A stretch of DNA of 64,000 bases from Planctomycetota bacterium (GCA_038231435.1 JBBRLJ010000029.1:10706-74705); one strand, 5' to 3'; shown: positions 17,901 to 28,715, counted from the stretch's first letter. A program made the numbers and translations. The notes: generated by a model from the sequence alone, not told the origin.

Positions 17901-20900
17901 CTAGGGGACGCTGGGGGCCGGATCCGCTGGTTGGACGCGCGGCTCGTGCGGCTTAGCCGGCAGCTCGGCCCCCTGGAGACGATCGATCGCGCCTCCGCGC
18001 CCATCATCCGGCGCCTCAGGCACGGGCACGGTCACGGGCACGGGCTCCATCTCGACGCCCAACATGGCGGGCGCGGGCGCGGCCGGCGCAGCGGGTGATG
18101 TCCGCGGCTCAGACGGCACGATGCGCGGCGCGGGAGGCTGCGGAGCAGGGATCTTGGCAGCGATCTCGCGCTTGGCCTGCTCGGCGAGCGCGTCGGCCGA
18201 AGCCTTCGCCAGGCGGGCGGCCTCGGTGCGATCCTCGACAGTGCCGCGGCGATGGGCCTGCCGCCAGCAGCACATGGCGAAATCGGCATGGCCGTTCGCG
18301 GCGTAGCAGGTACCGAGCTTGTTCAGGACCGACCCGGCGGAGTACGGCTGCGACGCCACGCGGCGATAGAGCTCGATCGCCTTCGTCGCATCGCTGGTGG
18401 CGAGGCGATCGGCTTGGCGCTCGAGCACCCGCGGCACCGTGCAACCAGCAGCCAAGGCGCGTTGGTCGAGTTCCTGCACGGCCTGGTCCATGCCCGCGGC
18501 GGCGGCGAGCGCGGAGGTCTCCTCGACCAGGGCCGCATCCGTGGGATGGCGACCGATCTCGGCGAACAGCAGCGCGAGCGCGGGTTCGATCTTGCCCTCG
18601 CGCGCCAGATCCCACGCCGAGGCGTAGTCCTTGTCGGTCGCCGCCGCAACCTCGCTCGGCACCTGGAACACCGGGTACACCAGCAGCAGCTGCTGGCCCT
18701 GCAGGTACGGCAGCGATTGGGGGCCGAGAAGCGGCGAGTCCTCGCTGCCCATTTGCGAGCGGTAGCAGTCGTCGAACGGAGCCAGGGCCACCACCAGCGC
18801 ATTGCGGCTGGTGCGGTAATCCGGCACCGCCGGCACCCAATCGCCGAAGCGCACACCTCCGAGGCGCCATTGCGCACCGGCGCAGCGGCGCAGGGTCTCC
18901 CCGTAGTACGCGCCCGCGCCCAGCGCGAGCGCCGGCTGGCGGCCGCTGCCGGCGAGCTCGAGGCGCGAGAAGGTGGTCTCGAGCTGGCGCAGCGATGCCA
19001 TGGTGAAATCGAGGCGCACGCCGCAGGCGCGCGCGGCGACCGTGGCGAACGCCTCGGCGATCGCCGGCATCGCCTCGGCCGACGGCACGCAGTCGCGTGG
19101 ATCGCCCCCTACCGCTTCGACCACCGCCCGCGCCACCGCCTTCACGCGGTCACGCGATGCGCTCGCAGGATGTAACGGCCTGGAAGCGGTGGCCTGCTCG
19201 AGTTCGGCGGCGGCGATGCGGAAGATCCCGCGCTGCGTCTGCGCGATATCCCAGCCGCCGATCTGCACGGCCAGATCCGCGCCGATCACCCACGCTCGTT
19301 GGATGTGGCCGCAGCGCGTGAGATTCACCGCCGCGCCGGTGGCGACGTCGATGCGGTAGAGATCGGTCTCGCCGCCGAAGCCCACCGCATCCTTCAGGCC
19401 GGGATCGACACGCCGCGTGGCGAATATCTCCGTCCCGTCACTAGACCACGCCAGCGACGCGAAGTCCTCCGGACCCGTGGTGATCCTGCGCAGCGCGCGA
19501 TCCGCGACAGTGAGCACGAAGAGGTTGCCACCATCCCCAGCGGTGCGCGGATAATCGCGGTTGGCGATCACGGCGATGGTCTTGCCATCCGGGGACGGGG
19601 TCGGCAGCGAAAAGCGCGACAGCGGGTAGGCGGCGAGTTCGCTATCGGCACCGCTGGCGGCCAACGCGACCAGGCGGTTGGAGCGCAGCTGCAGGCCGGA
19701 GCCGAGGTACTCGGGATGCGAATTCCAACGGCAGGCGATCAGCCCCTCGCCGGTAAGCGCAGGATCGACCGCGTCCAGGGGATGCTTGTCGGTCGCGCCG
19801 CCGGCCACCGTCACCACCACCACCTGTTTCTGAGCCGCGTAGGCGAGGCGCTTGCCGTCGGCAGACCAGTTCACCGGCGGCTCCGGACGCGGATCGAGGG
19901 TGATGGCGGTGCGGCGGTGGCTGGCGAGATCGAGCACGAAGTCGTCGTCCCCTTCGCGGCATAGCGCGGTCGTCCCGTCGGGCGAAAACGCGATGACGTC
20001 GGTCCCATCGGCGATCAGCGGCTTGGCGGCGGCGATGACCACCGCGATGTCCTCGTTCGCCGGGGTCTCATCCTCGTAGACGCGAGCGGTGAAGGCGATA
20101 TCGGCTTCGGGGCTGGACCGCGACTGGAGGACCAGCGAGCCCAGCATCTGCTCCCAATCGGACTCGGTATCCAGACGTCGGCTGTCGGTGCTCTCGAGCG
20201 AGGCGCGCACCGCGACCCCATCAGCGGCCAGCGTCGCGATGCGGACATGATGCGGTTGGCCCTGGAACTGTCCGCTGATCTCCAGATAGGCGAGTTGGCG
20301 CCCATTGATTTCGGCGGAGCGCTCGGCGGAAGTCACCTTGCCCAGGCGGGTCGACCACCAATGGCGCGCCGACTCCAGCTCGGCTCCCGCATCGGAAGCG
20401 GTGCGCAGCACGTCGATGTGCGCCCAGGCGCCTCCGGCGACAAAGACGAAATCGGCCACGTCCAGGCTCTGGTGGTCCTGCGCCTCGGCATCGAAGGTAG
20501 ACTCGCGCCAGCGCGGCTGGTTGAGTTCGGCGCGCACCAGGCCACCGGCGACCGCGATCGGACGCGGGACTCCGACCAGGCGCGCGAGCCATTCCGGGCG
20601 GTCGTGCAGGAAGACCATGCTCTTGATCAGCGCGCGCTGCTCGCGCTCGAAACGGTCGTAGTCGCCACTGTTGAAGATCGAGACCAGGCGGTACGCGAAT
20701 CCCTGGTGGCAGAGCGAGATGACCAGCGCGCGCCGGCGGACCCCCTGCTCGATGTAGGGGAACGAAGCGTAGATGGTGCGTTCGCCAGCGGTGTCGTCAC
20801 GGTCGTGGCGGATCTCCTCGGGAATCTCGACCGACAACGTGAGCTCATCGATCCAGCTCTTCTCGACATCCTCGGGACTGACCTCGGCCTCCTGGGCGCT

Positions 20901-21080
20901 CATGAGCAGGACGTTCACGCCCTTGCGCAAGGCGAAGAGCGTGATCGGCGAATTGATCGGGTAGGGAACCCATCCCGGAGGCGGACTGATCGACAGGTTC
21001 TTGTCGGCGAAGACCAGTGGACGATCGGCTCCCGCGAGCGAACTCGCGGCGGCCAGCAGGACGAGGATCGCGAAGCGCAT
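17901..21080 (-). CDS. Large secreted multidomain protein (PsbP/DcrB-like domains, TolB/PD40-like beta-propeller, helical domain, TPR-like region)
   Basis: Signal peptide MRFAILVLLAAASSLAG; LSISPPPGW; propeller repeats AFSPDG, NWSADG, TPSPDG, AWSSDG; GAYYGETLRR...W; TPR-like AIELYRR, LGTCYAANG. Confidence 0.75.
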   Translation of the reverse strand: MRFAILVLLAAASSLAGADRPLVFADKNLSISPPPGWVPYPINSPITLFALRKGVNVLLMSAQEAEVSPEDVEKSWIDELTLSVEIPEEIRHDRDDTAGERTIYASFPYIEQGVRRRALVISLCHQGFAYRLVSIFNSGDYDRFEREQRALIKSMVFLHDRPEWLARLVGVPRPIAVAGGLVRAELNQPRWRESTFDAEAQDHQSLDVADFVFVAGGAWAHIDVLRTASDAGAELESARHWWSTRLGKVTSAERSAEINGRQLAYLEISGQFQGQPHHVRIATLAADGVAVRASLESTDSRRLDTESDWEQMLGSLVLQSRSSPEADIAFTARVYEDETPANEDIAVVIAAAKPLIADGTDVIAFSPDGTTALCREGDDDFVLDLASHRRTAITLDPRPEPPVNWSADGKRLAYAAQKQVVVVTVAGGATDKHPLDAVDPALTGEGLIACRWNSHPEYLGSGLQLRSNRLVALAASGADSELAAYPLSRFSLPTPSPDGKTIAVIANRDYPRTAGDGGNLFVLTVADRALRRITTGPEDFASLAWSSDGTEIFATRRVDPGLKDAVGFGGETDLYRIDVATGAAVNLTRCGHIQRAWVIGADLAVQIGGWDIAQTQRGIFRIAAAELEQATASRPLHPASASRDRVKAVARAVVEAVGGDPRDCVPSAEAMPAIAEAFATVAARACGVRLDFTMASLRQLETTFSRLELAGSGRQPALALGAGAYYGETLRRCAGAQWRLGGVRFGDWVPAVPDYRTSRNALVVALAPFDDCYRSQMGSEDSPLLGPQSLPYLQGQQLLLVYPVFQVPSEVAAATDKDYASAWDLAREGKIEPALALLFAEIGRHPTDAALVEETSALAAAAGMDQAVQELDQRALAAGCTVPRVLERQADRLATSDATKAIELYRRVASQPYSAGSVLNKLGTCYAANGHADFAMCCWRQAHRRGTVEDRTEAARLAKASADALAEQAKREIAAKIPAPQPPAPRIVPSEPRTSPAAPAAPAPAMLGVEMEPVPVTVPVPEAPDDGRGGAIDRLQGAELPAKPHEPRVQPADPAPSVP

Positions 21081-21178
21081 GCCGGGTGTATACCACCAGG
21101 ATGGTAGAGTAGCCATCGTGCGACCGCCGCGGCACCGGAACACACGCCTCCTCTGGGCAACGGTACGTCGATCACTGG

Positions 21179-23506
21179 TTGCATGTCATTCCCGATCCGG
21201 TTTCCCGGCATGACAATCAGGCGAACCCCGGGATGCTCGCCACGGTGAACCCCTCCGCGATGAGCCCAATGCCCAGCGGCCTTGCGCCTGGTGGCGTTCC
21301 GTCGAGTGCCTTTCGGCTGGACTGCCTGGCGCCGCATGCGCTCGCGGCATGCGTGGCCGCGTACGTGGTCGCCCACGCGTTGGGCACTCCATCGGCCTCG
21401 GCGCGTACGGCGATGGCGCTGGTGCTGCCGGTCCTGGTGACGTGGCGTCTACCGCGCGATTGGCCGGCGGACCGCTCGATCCTGGCGGCATCATGGATCG
21501 CCTTGGCGATGTTCGGTTGGACGCTCCTCGGCAGCGTGCGATCGGATGGATTGGTCGACATCGGACTCGGTCGCTGCGCCGCGCTCGCAGGTGCGATCGT
21601 ACTGACCTGGTCGGTGATCTGTTCGCCGATCCCCGCCGCGCGCATGATCGCGGTCGTCGGAGCCTCGGCCTCATTCGCCCTCGCCGTTGCCGCGATCGGC
21701 ATGCTCGCGACCGGCTTGCCGCATTTCGGCGCCGGCAACATCAACCATCTGCTCGGTGCATGCTCACCGCCGCTGGTCGGTTGGGCGGCCTGGATCATCG
21801 GTTCGGCCGTGCAGCGGCGCACCGTGCCGATCTGGCAGTGGCTCGCCTGCGCGAGCGCGCTGGCGGTGTTCATGACGCTCGCGTTCCTGGCCGTGCCAGG
21901 CATGCCGAGGCGCGGCGCGCTGGTGGTGCTGGCGGCGGTGTGCACTTGGTCCATCGCCGATCAGGCGTGGCGGCGCAGCCGCAGGTGGTGCGCGCTCGCG
22001 CTCACCGCCTGCGCGCTCGCCCTGGTCGCCTGGGGGCCGGCCCTGATCGACGCGGTGGTCGGACACCGCGATGAACGCCTGCTTCTCTACGGCGCAGGAC
22101 TCGAGGCGACCGTCCATGCACTGCCCTGGGGGGCGGGCCCGTTCGCGATGCTCGCAGCGCAGGATCTGGACGGAGAGTACTGCCGACACCTGACCGCGGC
22201 TGGGCTATGGGCCCTGCACGCGCACAACGAAGTCGTCGAATCGTTCCTCTCCGGAGGTCTTCCCGGAGGCGCGCTGTTCCTTGTGCTGATCGCCATCGTT
22301 GCGTGGCGCGCGCTGCGCGTGGCCGACCCTGCGCTGCGCGCCGCCGCGTGCGCGATCGCCATCGCGCTCGCCGTGCACGCCATGACCGACAACGGGTATG
22401 ATCTGCCCGCGGGCTTGGCGTGGGCGGCGATCCTGTGCGGCGTCGTCCTGCGCTGTCCGCCTCGCGCGCCCCATACCGCGCGCGCGGTGCCGGGACTGCG
22501 CGCGTGCGCCTGGGCGCTCGCCGGATTCAGCCTGATCGGAGCCCTCCACGAATGGCAGATGCTGACCATGGGCGCGGATGCCAGCCCGCAGCGGCGCCTG
22601 CGCGCGCTGGCCGCCTCGTGGCAGGCGGAAGAACTGGCGCAGCAGTGGCTGGAGCCGCTGCGCACGAGCGTCGACGCCGGGGATTTCGCCACCGGCGCGG
22701 CCGTGCTGCGCGTGGTGGGTCCCAAGCTACGCTGGTCGGGCGGACTGCTCGGCGCCCGCTACCAGCTCGAACGCGAGACCGCCTCGGCGTACCGCGAGCA
22801 ACTGCTATGGGCATGCCAGAATATCGCCGCGTCCCCGGTCGACGAGAATTCGTGGCGATCCGCGCTGACGGCAGGTGCGGGAGTCTCTCGCACGGACGCC
22901 GACGCTGTGCGCTTCCTGCTCGATGTGCTGCATCGGCGCCCGTTCGATCGCGCGAAGCACGCCGAGCTACGCGACCTGCTGTCGCTTCGCCCTGATCTCG
23001 CGGCACATGTTCCGCCGCGCGTGCTCACGCGCATGGCCTATGCCTGCGGCGATCCGGCGATGGCGGCGCCCGGATTTCCCGCTCCGGATTCGGTGGAGGC
23101 CGGCGCGGATCTCCAGGCCCAGCTCGCCTGGGCTGGCGCGCATCAGTGGCCGGACACCGAGCTGCGTCCTCCGCTCGAGCGCCTGCTCGCGCGGTACGGC
23201 GACGTCCCCGACGTGCACCTGCTGGCCATGACCCTCGCGCGCGATGCGCCTCCGGGCGCGTACGCGTGGCTGCTCGGAGAACGGCACCTTGTCCAAGGGA
23301 CGGAGCTCATTCCGGAGAGCGACTTGCAACGCTTCCTGGCCAGCATCACCACCCACGGTCAGGCGGCCGCGACCTGGCCGCTGCTACGGCGGCTCGCACC
23401 GCGGATCGCCGAGCAGGCGCTCGCTGGAGACGCGGTGAAGAGCTCCGACGCGGACGCCGGCCGGATCCGCGATGAGTTCCGGCGCATCGCCAACCTCGCC
23501 CACTGA
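21179..23506 (+). CDS. O-antigen ligase/O-oligosaccharyltransferase-like polytopic membrane protein with long C-terminal helical domain (start uncertain)
   Basis: About 12 hydrophobic segments; GNIN, RRGA, R..LY, PWGAGP, HAHNEVVESFLSGGLPG (Wzy_C motif). Confidence 0.75.
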   Translation: MHVIPDPVSRHDNQANPGMLATVNPSAMSPMPSGLAPGGVPSSAFRLDCLAPHALAACVAAYVVAHALGTPSASARTAMALVLPVLVTWRLPRDWPADRSILAASWIALAMFGWTLLGSVRSDGLVDIGLGRCAALAGAIVLTWSVICSPIPAARMIAVVGASASFALAVAAIGMLATGLPHFGAGNINHLLGACSPPLVGWAAWIIGSAVQRRTVPIWQWLACASALAVFMTLAFLAVPGMPRRGALVVLAAVCTWSIADQAWRRSRRWCALALTACALALVAWGPALIDAVVGHRDERLLLYGAGLEATVHALPWGAGPFAMLAAQDLDGEYCRHLTAAGLWALHAHNEVVESFLSGGLPGGALFLVLIAIVAWRALRVADPALRAAACAIAIALAVHAMTDNGYDLPAGLAWAAILCGVVLRCPPRAPHTARAVPGLRACAWALAGFSLIGALHEWQMLTMGADASPQRRLRALAASWQAEELAQQWLEPLRTSVDAGDFATGAAVLRVVGPKLRWSGGLLGARYQLERETASAYREQLLWACQNIAASPVDENSWRSALTAGAGVSRTDADAVRFLLDVLHRRPFDRAKHAELRDLLSLRPDLAAHVPPRVLTRMAYACGDPAMAAPGFPAPDSVEAGADLQAQLAWAGAHQWPDTELRPPLERLLARYGDVPDVHLLAMTLARDAPPGAYAWLLGERHLVQGTELIPESDLQRFLASITTHGQAAATWPLLRRLAPRIAEQALAGDAVKSSDADAGRIRDEFRRIANLAH

Positions 23507-23513
23507 ACCAGCC

Positions 23514-24812
23514 TCAGCCGGGAGCGGACGCCGCCGATGGAGCTCCGGCCAACTCGTCACGCAACTTCACCATATCGAGCTCGCGCTCAGAACGCGACAC
23601 CACGATGGTGGCGACGCCATTGCCGATGAAATTGGTGACCGCGCGCGCTTCGCTCATGAAGCGATCGACCCCGAGGATCAGCGCCATGCCCTCGACCGGG
23701 ATCGCGGGCACCACGGCCAGCGTCGCGGCGAGGGTTATGAAGCCCGAGCCGGTGACTCCCGATGCACCCTTGCTGGTGAGCATCGCCACACCGATGATCG
23801 ACAGCTGTTGGCCGAGGCTCAGGTCGATGTCCAGGGCCTGCGCGATGAACAGCGCGGCCAGGGTCAGGTAGATGTTGGTCCCATCCAGGTTGAACGAGTA
23901 CCCGGCCGGCACCACCACGCCGACCACGCTGCGCGAGCAGCCTAGGCGCTCGATCTTCGCCATCAGCGCCACCAGCGCCGATTCGGACGACGAGGTGCCG
24001 AGCACCGTGAGGATCTCGTCCTTGATGTAGGCGATGAAACGCAGGATCGAGAACCCGCACATCCAGGCGACCGCTCCGAGCACGCCGATGATGAACACGC
24101 CGCAGGTCAGGTAGAAGGTCGCCATCAGCAATGCCAGGGGCTTGAGCGAAGCGATGCCGTATTTGCCGAGCGTGTAGGCCATGGCCGCGCCAGCTCCGAG
24201 CGGCGCCAGCTTCATGATCATGTTCACCACCGCGAACAGCGCCCGGCTCGCGCCCTCGAGGAATGCGGTCACCGCCCTGCCCTTCTCGCCGAGGCCCGCG
24301 AGCGCGGAACCGAAGAGGATGGCGATCAGCAGCACCTGCAGCAGGTCGCCGTTGGCGGTGAATGCATCGAGGAAGGTCTTGGGGATGATGTGCAGAACGT
24401 AATCCTGCACGCTCATATCGCTCGCCTTCTTGGCGATGGCGGCGACCTCTTTGGCATCGAGCGCCTTGGCGTCGGCATGGAAACCCGACCCTGGCCGCAG
24501 CAGGTTCGCGACCACCAGTCCGATCGCGAGCGCGACGGTGGAGACGATCTCGAAGTACAACAGCGCCTTGCCGCCCACCCGTCCGAGCTTGCGCATGTCG
24601 GACATGCCGGCGATGCCCAGCACCACGGTGCAGAAGATCACCGGCGAGATCAGCATCTTGATCAAGGCGATGAAGCCGTCGGCGATGGGCTTCAGTCCGA
24701 TGCCCACCTCGGGCCAGGCGTAGCCGACCAGGCAGCCGACGAGCACGCCCACAATCACGAACAGGTAGAGCTGTCCTCCACTGGAACGCGAGGCGGGGGT
24801 TTCGGCAGACAT
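23514..24812 (-). CDS. dctA: C4-dicarboxylate:H+ symporter (DAACS family)
   Basis: [59 protein letters not shown]. Confidence 0.95.
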   Translation of the reverse strand: MSAETPASRSSGGQLYLFVIVGVLVGCLVGYAWPEVGIGLKPIADGFIALIKMLISPVIFCTVVLGIAGMSDMRKLGRVGGKALLYFEIVSTVALAIGLVVANLLRPGSGFHADAKALDAKEVAAIAKKASDMSVQDYVLHIIPKTFLDAFTANGDLLQVLLIAILFGSALAGLGEKGRAVTAFLEGASRALFAVVNMIMKLAPLGAGAAMAYTLGKYGIASLKPLALLMATFYLTCGVFIIGVLGAVAWMCGFSILRFIAYIKDEILTVLGTSSSESALVALMAKIERLGCSRSVVGVVVPAGYSFNLDGTNIYLTLAALFIAQALDIDLSLGQQLSIIGVAMLTSKGASGVTGSGFITLAATLAVVPAIPVEGMALILGVDRFMSEARAVTNFIGNGVATIVVSRSERELDMVKLRDELAGAPSAASAPG

Positions 24813-25044
24813 CAGTACCTCGCGTTAGGCCGCACGGTGTCGTCCATCGTCCGAGGTGTCAACGATCAGCGTGCGGATAGCGGTGGATTGACGAACCTCA
24901 CGACGCTTCTTCGGCTCTCGATCCCGCCGTACTCCGCACGACGTACCCCTGGAATTGTCTGCCGCACATCATTAGCCAATCAGAGCGCGTGTCCCTGGGC
25001 CTCCGATTGCATCCGTCCACGCCCTGGCACCGTGACCTCCCGCG

Positions 25045-26886
25045 ATGGCCCACCCGCTCCTCCGCTGTTTCGGTTTCTACCGGCTGCATCTCGGGCTCGC
25101 CATCGCGGTGACCATGGCGATCGCGGTGGTCAACGCGTCCGCGCCGCTGACCCAGTACATCCTCGGCCGGGCGCTGCACGACATGGAGCTCGGCACCGCG
25201 GTGACACGCCTGCCCGGCGGCGGAATCGACGCCAGCGGGGCCTGGCGTTGGGCGGCGGTGCTGCTGTCCCTGGCCGCCGCGCGCGGCATCGCGCAGTACC
25301 TGTCGACGGTGCTCGCGGTCGCGCTCGGCCAGCGGCTGCTGCACAGCCTGCGCTCGCTGCTGTTCGGCCGCATCCAGGAGCTCGATGTCGGTTACCACCA
25401 GCTGCACGGCGCGGGCGAGATCATCAACCGCACCACCCGCGACAGCGACAAGGTGCGCGATGCGGTAGTGGGCGGATACCGCAGCCTGCTCGAGCTGACC
25501 ATGATCGTCACCGCCAGCCTCGGCATCCTCGCCTGGTACGATTGGCGGCTGGCGGTGGTGCCGCTGGCCCTGGTGGCGATCGCCCTGGTCATGGGCATGA
25601 GCCAGTCGCAACGCCTGGTGGCGCTCAACCGCACCGCCGACAAGGCCTATGACGACGTGGCCCAGGATCTCTCGGAGGGCGTGCACGGCGTGCGCGTGAT
25701 CAAGGCCTTCGCGCTCGAGCGCCGGCGCATCGAACGATTCGTCGGTCATGTCGGTCGCTTCTCAGGCGCCGCGCGCTCCGCGGTGGCGTTCACGGCGGCG
25801 CGCCTGCCATTGCCGCAGCTGGTGGTGGCGCTCGGACACCCGTGGGTGCTGGGCTGCGGCGCCTGGCTGGTGGTGCACGGCGGGTTGAACCGCGGCGAGC
25901 TGATCGCGGCTATGATGGCGATGCAGTCGCTGGTGTTCCGCGTCGAATCGATCGGCCGGCTGGTGCAGACGTTCGCCGACGCGCGTGCCTCGGCGGCGCG
26001 CGTCATCGAGTTGGTCGACGCTCGTCCCGCGGTGCACGATGCTGGTGGGAACCTTCAGACGTCCGACATCCGTCTTCCGTCGTCGGAAGGCCCACTGTTC
26101 CCGTCCCGCGAGCTGCCGGCGCGGCCGTTCGCGCTGCGTCTCGAGCGCGTCCAGGTGCGCGGCACGGCCGGTGAGGCCATCCTGGCCGGAGTCGACCTGG
26201 AGCTCAGGCCCGGCGAGGTGGTGGCGCTGGTCGGCGCGACCGGCAGCGGCAAGAGCACCCTGGCGTCGCTCTTGCCTCGGCTGCGCGATCCTGATGCCGG
26301 GCGGGTGCTGCTCGGTGCGGACGGCGCGTGGACGGATATCCGCTCCCTGCGCCTGAACGAGCTGCGACGCGCGGTGCAGGTGGTGTACCAGGACAGCTTC
26401 CTGTTCTCGGACAGCTTGGCCGGCAACCTGCGCATGGCAGCGCCCGATGCGAGCGATGCCGAGCTGCTCACGGCCTTGTCGGCCGCCGCCGCCGAGGACG
26501 TGCTGACCTCGCTGCCCGCGGGCCTCGCGAGCCGCATCGGCGAACGCGGCGTCACCCTGTCGGGTGGCCAGCGCCAACGCGTGTGCATCGCTCGGGCGCT
26601 GCTGGCGCGTCCAGCAGTGCTGTGCCTGGATGACGCCACCAGCGCGCTCGATGCCCTCACCGAACGCAGGATCCTGCTCGCGCTGCGCGGCGGTGGTGGT
26701 CCGGGTACGACGCCGGTGTGCGCCGTGCTGCTGATCGCCAGCAAGCTCTCCACCATCCGCCAGGCCGATCGCGTGGTGATGCTCGACGGCGGCCGCATCG
26801 CCGCCATCGGCACCCACGAGCAGCTGGTCGCCGATTCGGCCCCCTATCGCGACCTGCTCGGCCTCGAGCCGGGGGACGCGGCATGA
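25045..26886 (+). CDS. ABC exporter, fused TMD-NBD, degenerate-site half of a heterodimer
   Basis: TMD; Walker A GATGSGKS; signature LSGGQ; Walker B LDDAT (E to D); switch IASKL (no His). Confidence 0.92.
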   Translation: MAHPLLRCFGFYRLHLGLAIAVTMAIAVVNASAPLTQYILGRALHDMELGTAVTRLPGGGIDASGAWRWAAVLLSLAAARGIAQYLSTVLAVALGQRLLHSLRSLLFGRIQELDVGYHQLHGAGEIINRTTRDSDKVRDAVVGGYRSLLELTMIVTASLGILAWYDWRLAVVPLALVAIALVMGMSQSQRLVALNRTADKAYDDVAQDLSEGVHGVRVIKAFALERRRIERFVGHVGRFSGAARSAVAFTAARLPLPQLVVALGHPWVLGCGAWLVVHGGLNRGELIAAMMAMQSLVFRVESIGRLVQTFADARASAARVIELVDARPAVHDAGGNLQTSDIRLPSSEGPLFPSRELPARPFALRLERVQVRGTAGEAILAGVDLELRPGEVVALVGATGSGKSTLASLLPRLRDPDAGRVLLGADGAWTDIRSLRLNELRRAVQVVYQDSFLFSDSLAGNLRMAAPDASDAELLTALSAAAAEDVLTSLPAGLASRIGERGVTLSGGQRQRVCIARALLARPAVLCLDDATSALDALTERRILLALRGGGGPGTTPVCAVLLIASKLSTIRQADRVVMLDGGRIAAIGTHEQLVADSAPYRDLLGLEPGDAA

Positions 26887-28715
26887 GCGACCTCGAGCAC
26901 GAGGAGGAGCTGGCACGCGCGCGGCTAGACCGGCGCATGGCCGGGCGCATGGCATCCCTCCTGCGTCCGGTGCTGGGCCGGGTGGTGCTGGTGGTTGTCG
27001 TCGAGATGGTGCTGGTGGTCTCGGTGTTCGCTCGGCCGTGGTTCCTGCGCGACGTGATCGACAATGGCCTGATCCGCGATGGCACCGGCTGGCGCGTCGA
27101 CGTCCACGTTGTGCTGTGGGCGATGCTCGGCCTTGCGGGGGTGTGGTTGGTGCGCTTCGGACTCGGCGGGCTCGGCCAGTTCCTCTCCGGGACCGTCGCC
27201 ATCCGCGTGCTGAACGACCTGCGTGCTCGCGTCTTCACCCACGTGCAGGCGCTGTCGGTGCGCTACTTCGACCGCACCAAGGCCGGACGCATCATCGCCA
27301 GGGCCGACCGCGACGTCGACAGCCTGGAACCCGCTGTGATCAACGGCCCACCGGAGCTGCTGGGAATGGCCTTGCGTTGCATCGGCGCCGGCGCGCTGCT
27401 GTACGCCATCAGCCCACGTCTGTTCTGGATGCTCTCACCGCTCCTGCCACTGCTCGCGCTAGCGATGGCGCTGTTCCAACGCGCCGGGGCGCGCGTCTGG
27501 CGCGACATCGCCGAGGCCAAGAGTCGCGTCACCGCTCACCTGTGCGAAGGCATCGCCGGCGTGCGCGTCATCAAGCAGACCGGCTTCGAGTCCGCCAACC
27601 ACGCGCGCTACGACATCTTGCTCGGCGGCCTCGATCGCGCCGCCATACGTGGATCATGGGCGTGGGGCTGGTTCCAGCCGTATTCGGCCGTGCTCTTCCA
27701 TGCTGGGCTCGCGCTGCTGCTGGTCGAGGGTGGGCGCGAGCTCGCGCTCGGTCAGCTCAGTGTCGGGCAGCTCGCGCAGGCGATGTTCTACATCTTCGTG
27801 TTCCTCGGGCCGCTCCAGGAACTCGGCGACCTTTACGAGAAGATCGCCACCGCTACTGCCGCAGCGCAGCGCATCTTCCTGCTGCTCGACACGCCGATCG
27901 AGATCGTCGACCGGCCAGGCGCGCGCGTTCTGCCGACGGTGTCCGGCGCGGTGGCATTCGAGCACGTGCGTTTCGCCTACGACCCCGCCGGACCCACGGT
28001 GATCCACGACTTCAGTCTCGAGGTTCCCGCGGGCGAGACGCTGGCGATCGTCGGGGCCACCGGCCATGGCAAGAGCACGCTGGTGCAGCTGCTGACGCGA
28101 TTCTACGAGCCGCAGGCCGGGCGCATCACGCTCGACGGGCACGACATCAACAGTCTCGCCCAGGACGATCTCAGGCGCCACGTCGCGGTGGTGCTACAGG
28201 ACAACATCCTCTTCTCGGGCAGCATCCTCGACAACCTGCGCCTCGCCGCTCCGCATGCCTCCGACGAAGAGCTGATCGCCGCGGTGCGCGCGCTGGGCGC
28301 CGACGAAGTGCTTGAGCGACTGCCCTCCGGCTACCAGACCGCGGTGGGGCCGGGCGGTGGGAACCTCAGCCACGGTCAGCGCCAGCTGGTGTGCCTGGTG
28401 CGCGCCTATCTCGCGGATCCGCGCGTGCTGGTGCTCGACGAGGCGACCTCGGCGGTGGACATCCACACCGAGGGCCGCCTGCGCCGCGCCCTGCGTCGGC
28501 TCAGCGTTGGGCGCACCGCGATCGTCATCGCGCATCGCCTGACCACTATCCGCGACGCCGACCGCATCGTGGTGATCGAGCGCGGGACCCTGGTCGAGCA
28601 TGGGACCCACGTCCAGCTGATGGCGGCGGGCGGGAGATACGCGGCCTTGTACCAGGCCTACGAGCGGGAACAGGATGGCGACCGGGGCCAGAACGGCAGC
28701 ACTGGGCTCGGCTGA
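26883..28715 (+). CDS. ABC exporter, fused TMD-NBD, consensus-site half of a heterodimer
   Basis: ATG overlaps the TGA of the partner; GATGHGKS, LSHGQ, LDEAT, IAHRL. Confidence 0.92.
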   Translation: MSDLEHEEELARARLDRRMAGRMASLLRPVLGRVVLVVVVEMVLVVSVFARPWFLRDVIDNGLIRDGTGWRVDVHVVLWAMLGLAGVWLVRFGLGGLGQFLSGTVAIRVLNDLRARVFTHVQALSVRYFDRTKAGRIIARADRDVDSLEPAVINGPPELLGMALRCIGAGALLYAISPRLFWMLSPLLPLLALAMALFQRAGARVWRDIAEAKSRVTAHLCEGIAGVRVIKQTGFESANHARYDILLGGLDRAAIRGSWAWGWFQPYSAVLFHAGLALLLVEGGRELALGQLSVGQLAQAMFYIFVFLGPLQELGDLYEKIATATAAAQRIFLLLDTPIEIVDRPGARVLPTVSGAVAFEHVRFAYDPAGPTVIHDFSLEVPAGETLAIVGATGHGKSTLVQLLTRFYEPQAGRITLDGHDINSLAQDDLRRHVAVVLQDNILFSGSILDNLRLAAPHASDEELIAAVRALGADEVLERLPSGYQTAVGPGGGNLSHGQRQLVCLVRAYLADPRVLVLDEATSAVDIHTEGRLRRALRRLSVGRTAIVIAHRLTTIRDADRIVVIERGTLVEHGTHVQLMAAGGRYAALYQAYEREQDGDRGQNGSTGLG

